From Tubiluchus corallicola (lineage: Eukaryota; Animalia; Priapulida), in NCBI GenBank assembly GCA_030141605.1, contig JAQGDQ010002017.1, forward strand, positions 1 to 17,713: a stretch of 17,713 nucleotides of DNA, in the 5' to 3' direction. Below are positions 9,501-17,713 of this stretch, piece after piece (the stretch's first letter is position 1; every line of letters starts with the position of its first letter). The translations under genes were made by a program, and so were the position numbers. Under the pieces are notes generated by a model that made no database searches, had not been told where the DNA came from, and was given only the letters and a program-made list of their open reading frames with translations.

Positions 9501-12500
9501 TAAAAGTCCAATATATTTAGCATTTGTTTTTATAAAAAACAAAAAACTAACATTTGACCAAATTTTTGGTGCCTTCTTCCTTGAAGCATCATAACGTAGT
9601 TTTAACTATGCCAACTTGTGGACGGTTTTGCTTTGCAAGCACACAAATATTAGGGAATCACGAGATCCAGTTTTGCCAGTTCAGGATCTGTATACGCTGG
9701 ATCAGGTTCCAGATCTACAAATTAATGTAAACAATATTTAATTTGTATAGCCTCTTGTTCATGTGGCGGCATGGCCCGTCCATTTTCAACGTCACTGAGT
9801 AATTTTAAGTGGAAACACTGCAAATGTTGCTGTACTATAATTTTGATTGCTTGATTCATGCTTGGTTTAAACAAAAAAAACCTGCCAAACTTTGCTTTTA
9901 TTGGTTGAAGATGTCTCTAAATTTTTAGCAGACATTTTTGTGTTAACTAGGGGTGAGCATTCTCTACCAGAAAGCGAATTCGAATCGAACCGAATTTGTG
10001 ACTTTCGAATTCGAATCGAACCGAACTTCAGTGTTTTCGAACCGAATTCGAATTGAGATTGAAAGATTTTCGAACCACCAGTAAAAATTAGTCTTACAAA
10101 GATCATGCATATCACTAGATTTTGTTCTGCAATAAAACGACTAGTAATTTGTTTAAAATTGTGCACAGAAATCACAGCTAAATTATGCTAATTGCATGAT
10201 GTTTCAATCGTTTTAGTGATCAGGAACATATGTGATTGAAGTGCTGAATTATTCGAATCTATAGTTTTGGATTCGAACCGAGTTCGAACTAAAAAAACTT
10301 GTTCGAATCGAATTCGAGCGTTCGATGCTCACCCCTAGTGTTAACAATGTTATGTTCGAAGATTTTAATAGAAATCCTTCAAATTCTTTAAAAAATTAAG
10401 ACTATTCATGTAATTAAACTTGTTATGTATTTTTTTCTTCCAAATTTTTTTGCCGGATCCGGTACACCCCTACGAAATATATTACAATTCCTAAATAACT
10501 GTGATCTTTAATTTTAACCCAATTTTAATACCAAATAACAGAAAAGTTTTCGATCTTGAAAACAAAAACTCACCAGTCCATAGCTTCTGTCATGCCTTCA
10601 CCTTTAATGGCGGAAGTTTTATAAATCTGGTAAGTTCTATTTTTCAAAGAGCTGAGTCCCAAAGAGTCTGCAACTTCAGTAACTGTCATGCAGTTCTCTA
10701 TATCTTGTTTATTGGCTAACACTAGCAACTTTGCTGACTTCAACTCGTCTTCCTGGTAAAATAATCAACAAGAACTCTAGTGATTAGAGACAAGGTGGCA
10801 GTGTTTTTATAACCCAAAAGTGTTTCACGGGCAGCGCATCAGCTAGCATGTAAATTCCTCAGTTTTGCTAGCACGTAAATTCCTCAGTTTTGCTAGCACG
10901 TAAATTCCTCAGTTTTGCTAGCACGTAAATTCCTCAGTTTTGCTAGCATGTAAATTCCTCAGTTTTGCTAGCACGTAAATTCATCAGTTTTGCTAGCACG
11001 TAAATTCCTCAGTTTTGCTAGTATGTAAATTCGTCAGTTTTGCTAGTATGTAAAGTGTGAAACTAGTAAACCCCTTTTGGAATGTGAGGGTCAGCTGTCG
11101 TAGATTGTATAATTGTTAGTATGTATATTCGTCAGTTTTGCTAGCATGTAAAGTCGTCAGTTTTGCTAGCATGTAAATCCATCAGTTTTGCTAGTATGTA
11201 AATTCGTCAGTTTTGCTAGTATGTAAATTCGTCAGTTTTGCTAGCATGTAAAGTCGTCAGTTTTGCTAGCATGTAAATTCGTCAGTTTTGCTAGCATGTA
11301 AATTCGTCAGTTTTGCTAGCATGTAAATTCCTCAGTTTTGCTAGCATGTAAATTCGTCAGTTTTGCTAGTATGTAAATTCGTCAGTTTTGCTAGCATGTA
11401 AATTCGTCAGTTTTGCTAGTATGTAAATTCGTCAGTTTTGCTAGCATGTTAATTCGTCAGTTTTGCTAGAATGTAAATTCGTCAGTTTTGCTAGTAAGAT
11501 AGCAAATACCAGCCGATGAGGTTAGGTCGATTCTGTGTTGAAAATGTTCTCATTTCAGTTATATTTTGTACAACAGAAGTGTATAAATGTTTATTTGACT
11601 AAAAACAGTGCTACAAACAATTGCTAATGATTTTGTCTGTTTTTGTTCTGGAGTAAAGGCCACAAGCAGTGTCATAGCAAAAAATGGATAAAAAATGCTC
11701 TTAATGTTGCTTTTATATGTGCAAATTCAACCTGCATAACGTACCTCTAACATAGCTACTAACTCTTGCTTAGAAATTCCCATTCTGTCTCTGTCAGCTG
11801 AATCAACTACGTAGATAATAGCATCTGTATTTGAATAATAACATCTCCAGTATGGCCTGTAATGAAACGATGAAATGTGAGAACCGTTTGGAACAGCACA
11901 AAAGTACAAATATCTGAAATTCATCAGACGTGTACAATGCACTTGTTGCATCTGATTTACCATGCCTAACACATCACAAATAAATAATGACAAAGGGTCC
12001 ACGTTAATACAGATTTCTAAAAGAAACAATTTGAGGAAGGACTAGGCGATACATACTTTCTTTACAATATTTACCAACTTTTTTTGAGATAGTTTTAACC
12101 ACAGTAAAATGACGCGTGAAAAATTTTGATATGCAATATTGATAATTAACGACAGTCCACTTTGGGTGTTGAGCTAATAATCAGGGATGAGAATGACAAA
12201 TTGCAAAAAACTCTGAAACAGGCCGGGGGTTTTGGAGCCGCCTAGGCCCCCAATGGGGTTGAGGATTGCAATTTTGCGAACCTCTAACTAAGTGGACTTA
12301 AAATATCAATTACCTTGTTTCATGCAAAATTTAAAATACCAAACTATCAAGGATACATGATACCTAATTGTCTCAAAAACGCCTAAGTACAGGCCGCTCC
12401 TATGCAAAAGTATATAAAAACTGTCTGCAATTGACTCAAATAATTTTATATTGACGCACAATAGAACTCACAATTGACCCCACATTTTTTCTGCACACGC

Positions 12501-15500
12501 TTAAATCAGGGATGAGAATGACAAATTGCAAAAAACTGTGAAACAGGCTGGGGTTTTTGGGGCCACATAGGCCCCCTTGGAGCCAGCAACAAATTGCAAT
12601 TTTCTGACCGTAGAGAACCTCTAAGTGTAATTAAAATATCAATTACATTGGTTCATGCATAATTTAAAATACTCAACTATCAAGGATACATGATACCTAA
12701 TTGTCTCAAAAACGCCTAAGTACTGGCCGCTCCTATGCAAAAGTATATAAAAACTGTCTGCAATTGACTCAAATAACTCCGCACAATTGATTCTATATTT
12801 TTATACATAGAGATAAACACGTGGTTACACTGATGTACGTGATGTAAACAAAGTGACGGCCTGCCAACTAGCGGTCAGCTTGTGATGTACTGGGTCCGTA
12901 AAAATTTTCTCAACGAATTTCCGCGATTTACAAAAATGGCACTACTGTTCTTCCAAAAACTCGGAATTCCTCGTATCCGCGGAAAATTCTCATCCCTGAC
13001 TAATGAAAGCTGACTTACCGTATGCTTGTTTGACTACCAAGCTGACTTACCGTATGCTTGTTTGACTACCAAGCTGCCTTACCGTATGCTTGTTTGACCA
13101 CCAAGCTGACTTACCGTATGCTTGTTTGACCACCAAGCTGACTTACCGTATGCTTGTTTGACCACCAAGCTGACTTACCGTATGCTTGTTTGACCACCAA
13201 GCTGACTTACCGTATGCTTGTTTGACCACCAAGCTGACTTACCGTATGCTTGTTTGACCACCAAGATCCCAAACTTGGAACTTGAGATTATTGTATGTTA
13301 CTTGTTCAACGTTAAAGCCTATAGCTGAAAAAGATAATAAAATATCAGATAGACCGGTACTAAACACAGTTATGGTACTTGGTGTGAACACTAATTGCAC
13401 AGCATTCATGATACGGTCTCATTCATATCGTAGGCAACCTTGTGTTTAGCATACAGATAAAGTGTTAAAAGCATTAAGGTACTTGGTTTGCCAGAAGCCA
13501 GCAATATGAATTTGAATTTCTGTAAATTAATTACCATACTTGCATTTTTTCATTCATAATTACTCACATTTCCTGTTTAATGGTTAACCTTTCCTGTTAC
13601 AAACCTTCGTCTCTTTGCTCAATTAGTTAATTACATAAGAAATTTTAGAGACTAGAAAAAAACTGATAAATTTTATTAAATTTTACATAAAACCATTAAA
13701 AATTTCAAGGTAAAGTTAACGTCTGCAGACAACTACAGCCAAACTGCACAAGTTTTATACCAGGAAAATGCAAGGGACAGACTTTGTAAAATAATTTGCG
13801 GACAACTTACTGGGTATGGTCGTCACAACCTCTCCTACTTGCAATCGATAAAGTATAGTTGTCTTTCCAGCTCCATCTAAACCCAGGATTAAAATTCTCA
13901 TCTCTTTGCTGCCAAAGAGATTTTTAAATATGCTAAAGAATGCACCTGAAAGAAAAGAAGATATTTAGCAAAACTGTAATGAGAATAGAACAAATCACAA
14001 ATAAACGACATTATGTTGGTACAGTAGGTGCCACTTAATAGACTCACTTTGGGACGGGAGAGTTTGACCACATTAATTGACTGAATCTACTAGCCGACGG
14101 GTGTAGAATTCTAGTATAGAAGAACGAGTCATGGCTCTTGACACAGTGAAAAGGCTGTGAGAGCTTTAAATGTTTGGTTTTATGTAAACTTTACTGACTA
14201 AACATTCAGTGAAAACCAGCAAAAAGTTTAAAAAGAAGACCACTAGGCAGATGATTACAGCTTCCACAAATTCTTGGACAGCGAATGAACAGGTGACGGA
14301 TTCAAAGAAAAAATGCTAAGCTAGTATATTACCGCATGATAAACGTATTTGCTTGTGAAGGAAACAGTACTTAACATGTTATACTGCACAAAAGAGAAAA
14401 AAATGAGGTAAAAGTAGCAAAACGTCAACTTTGCAGACAGTTTTTATATACATTAAATTTTGAATAGGAGCAGCACAGACCAGACATTTTTAAGTCAATT
14501 AAGTGATTGGTTCTATTAACCGCAAGTCTAATGGCACCCATTGTATCATTTGTATTAAGTATAAATTGCATCGATCATCTATTCTTACGTGCAATGACGA
14601 TCACTTACTTTTTTGTTGATACAATTCAATTTGTGAAAAATCAAGGTAAGTTATGGCTGCAATAGCAGCTACACTGTTTATTTTTATTATTATATAAATT
14701 TAGTTACCACTTATGTAGCCATTATGCACAGACAAAAGTTTTCTTTTTATCTTTTATTCAAAAACAAGTTAACAGCTTGATAACAACAGCCTGTCCAACA
14801 CATCCTAGTGTAGCTTGTTGGGTGCCGAGTAACCCACTAGCCGAAGTAGGACAATTGGCATACATGGACTGCCCAAGTGGGACACTAGAGACAGGTCACA
14901 AATTGAGTCGTTAACTGTAGTGGCAGCACCCGTTGTCCTTGTTTATTTAATAATAATAACTGAAAACGTCAGAAACGTTGAATAATTTATTATACATCTG
15001 ATTAAAAAAAGAATCTTATTTTGAGTTAGTAAAATGGCCAATATTAATTTTAGCGTGAAATATAATTCTTTGAAGTGAAATAAGCCCACCTCTTAGGCGA
15101 TTCCAACATTTGCTTAAGGTATATCATTCTATTTTGTCTTGCTTCACAGACAGGTGACCTGTTTCATTACCTCTTGGACAAATAATTGTTTTCTACAAAG
15201 TAAATGGGCTAGTGAGTTATGTGTCCTACATAGTTTCCCTCTTTCAAACATTAGATACTTAGTTTAATGTTATGATGATGTTAATGGAGCTAATAATAAC
15301 GACGATATTATTGTAAAAGATACATTGTAAATTGTCAAGGACTATCCATCATGATTATAAAGTTACTTTTTTCTAAAACAAATTTAGTTTTACGTTTCAT
15401 TATGTCATAATTCTCAACAGAAATCGCCAGTGTCCTACTTGGGCAGCCCATGTAAGACACTGCTTTTCAGTGAATTTAACACACGCGTTTTACCGGAAGT

Positions 15501-16039
15501 GTCCTACTTCGGCTACAGGGTTACTCGGCGTCCTACATAGCTACCTCTCAATTATACCCGCTACACCATACACTAATAAACACCAATAAAAACTAATAAA
15601 TTTACTGATAGAGGCAATGAAATTAAGAAATCAATGTTAAAAAGCGAAAACTGAGAGAGTGTACAAAAAACTAGGGTTTATATAAACACCTGCATGGAAT
15701 ACCGGAACAGGAGAAAAGCAGCAAAACATCATAAATGATGGAACGAACGAATAATATTATCGAAATAATAACAAGACTCGGATTAAGATATGGTTGGGAG
15801 AAGTTCCGAAACTGATATTAGTAAAAACGTTTTTTTTAAATTAGTGTAAATTTCTGAAGCAGGTCTTACACGCGGTAGCCAGCAATAGCTGCAGAGTTAC
15901 TGGGCGTTAAATGCCCGATTCACTAGGCTATTGTTAGTTAGTAACAGGGCGAAGTACTAGTACTACTAATGCCGGTGCTACACGACATTTAAAATAGTGT
16001 CGTAATTATAAAGATAAAGAAAAAACAAACTTTACCCAT
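3477..16039 (-). CDS. ARL1: ADP-ribosylation factor-like protein 1, complete spliced gene (6 coding exons, 180 aa)
   Basis: Manual splicing at GT-AG boundaries gives 4+135+82+112+179+31=543 nt in one frame. The protein has Gly2 (myristoylation site), P-loop [26 protein letters not shown] (ARL1 signature), NKQD and TSA motifs. Confidence 0.97.
3583..9645. mobile_element. Non-autonomous TIR DNA element (superfamily unassigned) containing the 57-bp satellite
   Basis: Left end TGTGTGCTTGCATAAGCAAAATCGTTCATAAGTCGGCA matches the right end reverse complement TGTGTGCTTGCA-AAGCAAAACCGTCCACAAGTTGGCA. Possible 3-bp TSD AAT (3580-3582, 9646-9648). Confidence 0.8.
3829..9294. repeat. 57-bp tandem minisatellite, about 96 copies, in ARL1 intron 5
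   Basis: Unit AAACCGTACGAAAGTGTCTTTACAAGAGCACATTGAAGACATGTTTAAAT(C/G)CAGTAG. The span equals 96x57 minus 6 nt of net indels that I counted by eye. Only a handful of positions vary. Confidence 0.99.
9651..10472. mobile_element. Degenerate hAT-like MITE, interrupted by a younger hAT MITE
   Basis: Left TAGGGAATCACGAGATCCAG versus right reverse complement TAGGGGTGTACCGGATCCGG (13/20 match), with clustered GATC motifs near the ends. Flanks acAAATAT / cgAAATAT resemble a decayed 8-bp TSD. Confidence 0.55.
9948..10337. mobile_element. hAT-superfamily MITE, 390 bp
   Basis: Perfect 13-bp TIR TAGGGGTGAGCAT, perfect 8-bp TSD GTGTTAAC (9940-9947, 10338-10345), many subterminal TCGAA/TTCGA motifs. Confidence 0.95.
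10574..10752 (-). CDS. ARL1: ARL1 exon 5 ([17 protein letters not shown]...[16 protein letters not shown])
   Basis: Acceptor ttattttaccag, donor gtgagt; 179 nt; NKQD and TSA motifs. Confidence 0.97.
10842..11496. repeat. 25-bp minisatellite in ARL1 intron 4, two blocks (about 8.5 and 15 copies) split by a 60-bp unique segment
   Basis: Unit GCTAGCA(C/T)GTAAATTC(C/G)TCAGTTTT; blocks at 10842-11054 and 11115-11496. Confidence 0.97.
11745..11856 (-). CDS. ARL1: ARL1 exon 4 ([38 protein letters not shown])
   Basis: Acceptor tttcattacag, donor gtacgt; 112 nt; contained in ORF 11727..12029. Confidence 0.97.
12181..12999. mobile_element. CAGGG-terminal (hAT-like) non-autonomous element with duplicated left arm
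   Basis: TCAGGGATGAGAAT occurs at 12181 and again at 12506, with its perfect inverse ATTCTCATCCCTGA ending at 12999. Outer flanks ctaataa/ctaatga are similar but not a clean 8-bp TSD. Confidence 0.75.
13007..13265. repeat. 32-bp tandem repeat x8 spanning the ARL1 exon 3 / intron 3 boundary
   Basis: Unit AAGCTGACTTACCGTATGCTTGTTTGACCACC. On the gene strand this is the last 23 nt of exon 3 plus the donor GTAAGTCAG. Confidence 0.98.
13243..13324 (-). CDS. ARL1: ARL1 exon 3 ([28 protein letters not shown])
   Basis: Acceptor atctttttcag, donor gtaagt; 82 nt; switch I/II region. Confidence 0.97.
13811..13945 (-). CDS. ARL1: ARL1 exon 2 ([45 protein letters not shown])
   Basis: Acceptor cttcttttctttcag, donor gtaagt; 135 nt; encodes the P-loop. 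Confidence 0.97.
14022..14543. mobile_element. Older Tc1/mariner/pogo-like MITE in ARL1 intron 1
   Basis: Ends CAGTAGGTGCCA / reverse complement CAATGGGTGCCA (10/12); TA on both sides (14020-14021, 14544-14545). Confidence 0.7.
14810..15544. mobile_element. Long-TIR non-autonomous DNA element (unclassified) in ARL1 intron 1
   Basis: Left GTAGCTTGTTGGGTGCCGAGTAACCCACTAGCCGAAGTAGGACA..TACATGGACTGCCCAAGTGGGACACT matches right reverse complement GTAGCTATGTAGGACGCCGAGTAACCCTGTAGCCGAAGTAGGACA..TACATGGGCTGCCCAAGTAGGACACT. Repeated GTGTCCTAC motif; exact termini and TSD unresolved. Confidence 0.8.
16036..16039 (-). CDS. ARL1: ARL1 coding exon 1 (ATG G)
   Basis: Minus strand reads aaaaaatATGG|gtaaagt. 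Exon 2 starts in phase 1 (GT) and needs ATG-G to give Met-Gly. A second ATGG|gtaata candidate lies at about 16714-16717, so the exact location is not certain. Confidence 0.65.
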
Positions 16040-16192
16040 ATTTTTTGAAAATCATGAATAATTATTTATAACAATCCATCAAAGTTCAATAAAAATTTCC
16101 ATAACTATTTCCATAAATATTAATAATTCAGATCAAAATTGGTCTATGTCATCAACTAATTCAACTTGGCATAAAACGTGTACAGCAGACAC

Positions 16193-16204
16193 TGCGCATG
16201 TGTA
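16193..16204. promoter_or_regulatory. NRF1-like motif in the putative ARL1 promoter region
   Basis: TGCGCATGTGTA matches TGCGCATGCGCA at 10/12, about 155 bp upstream of the favoured start codon. Motif match only. Confidence 0.2.
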
Positions 16205-17046
16205 AAGAAGTAAAACGAGCAACGAAAATGACACAAAACGTTAAAGTCGCGTTAAGTTTATTTCGCCAATGCTTCAATTTCTTGCTTCAATTTCGTTAAG
16301 TTTATTGCTTCAATGTCTCATTGAAGAAGTTGTTAAACAACCTTATTTAATAGGCTCTACTACAGCATAATTATTACTGAAGACTGAAGAGTAGCACGAA
16401 ATTAATTCTCTAATTACAAGAATTCAAAAATCTCACGATTAAGAAGCAAAGAGCACAACGTTACAGTTCCGCTTGTACTACACTATTTTTTTGCAATAGC
16501 ACAATTCACTATAGTTATAAAGTTCGTTAACTAGCATCAAGTGGCTGACCTGAAAATCAAACTAAAATTAAAAAATCTTATGAACCAAATCAAAAACAAA
16601 GTCAAATCAAAGAAAAAAATCAAGACAAAATATTGATTGTAGCCTTTAATAGTGCACTCTGTCTAAAAATTTAGATTGCAATTAAGGCAACTAATCAATT
16701 TTTCCCATATTACCCATATTTGTGAATTTAATAAAAATGAATTAATATTGCGTCTGCACAGGGTAATGGCTTCTGCAGTCAATGTGATAAAGCCATCTTT
16801 ATGACTGATAACACATTCATAATAATATTAACCGAGATTCAAAATCTAAAAATAACAACACGTCGTTGAACCACTTCAAAGTTAGTGCTACTGTTAATAT
16901 CTACATTAGTGTTTCACTTCTATATCACATCACTTCAACAGACAAATTTTCACAGCTTTGGACGCTTGATACTTAGCTTTGCATAAAATTACGATTTAGT
17001 TACCATTCTTGTGCTTATTGCTTCATGCCCAAGCTGGTTTTCGTAA

Positions 17047-17356
<310 letters not shown>

Positions 17357-17713
17357 TTTTGGTGTAGGTTAGTAGGTAGGAAATATTTCTAGATTCTTAA
17401 CATAAAAAATACATTTAAACTTATTATTGAGAATAAGCTATTATGAATATGTATTCCAATTGTCAGCTAAACGATAATTATTTCAACTGAGCACAGCACT
17501 CATTTGCAACATATTTGATATATTAAAGGAAAACAGGATGATTTTTCGTGTCCTACTTCATTTTGAAAAACGGTAAAAAGTGTACATTTTAAAACCTAGA
17601 ATAATACCAAAGTGTTTCTGGTAATTAAATAATAGGTTAAAAAACTGAATTAGCGCTGGCGAACCAAACTAACGATGACATCATGATAAAAAATAAAAAT
17701 TTCCGTACAAACT

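Noticed and set aside
10501-10719. 72-aa plus-strand ORF
   Set aside because: Antisense shadow of ARL1 exon 5.
10842-11496. Hammerhead core in the 25-bp repeat (minus strand CTGAGGA/CTGACGA/CTGATGA variants fit CUGANGA)
   Set aside because: No GAAA box follows (GCAAAA instead) and the unit is too short for the required helices.
13007-13242. Repeat units as 23-nt micro-exons separated by GT...AG introns (GTAAGTCAG)
   Set aside because: A 9-nt intron is far below the spliceosomal minimum and has no branch point or pyrimidine tract.

Overview
AT-rich animal (probably invertebrate; the 5S sequence looks lophotrochozoan-like) genomic window. It holds one complete six-exon protein-coding gene on the minus strand, ARL1 (ADP-ribosylation factor-like GTPase 1). 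Coding exons are 16036-16039, 13811-13945, 13243-13324, 11745-11856, 10574-10752 and 3477-3507, totalling 543 nt = 180 aa + TAG: [180 protein letters not shown]. The introns and flanks are packed with non-autonomous elements: a 5S-rRNA-headed SINE, two TA-flanked Tc1/mariner/pogo-type MITEs, several hAT-type MITEs (one nested) and an unclassified long-TIR element. A 5.5-kb, 96-copy 57-bp minisatellite lies inside a TIR-bounded element. There are also a 25-bp minisatellite, an 8-copy 32-bp array that multiplies the exon-3 splice donor, and a (CT)n tract. Apart from the ORF containing ARL1 exon 4, the long ORFs in the track appear to be artefacts of repeats or chance. I see no new protein-coding system. 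The most unusual items are the splice-donor array, the satellite born inside a MITE, and the 5S-headed SINE.
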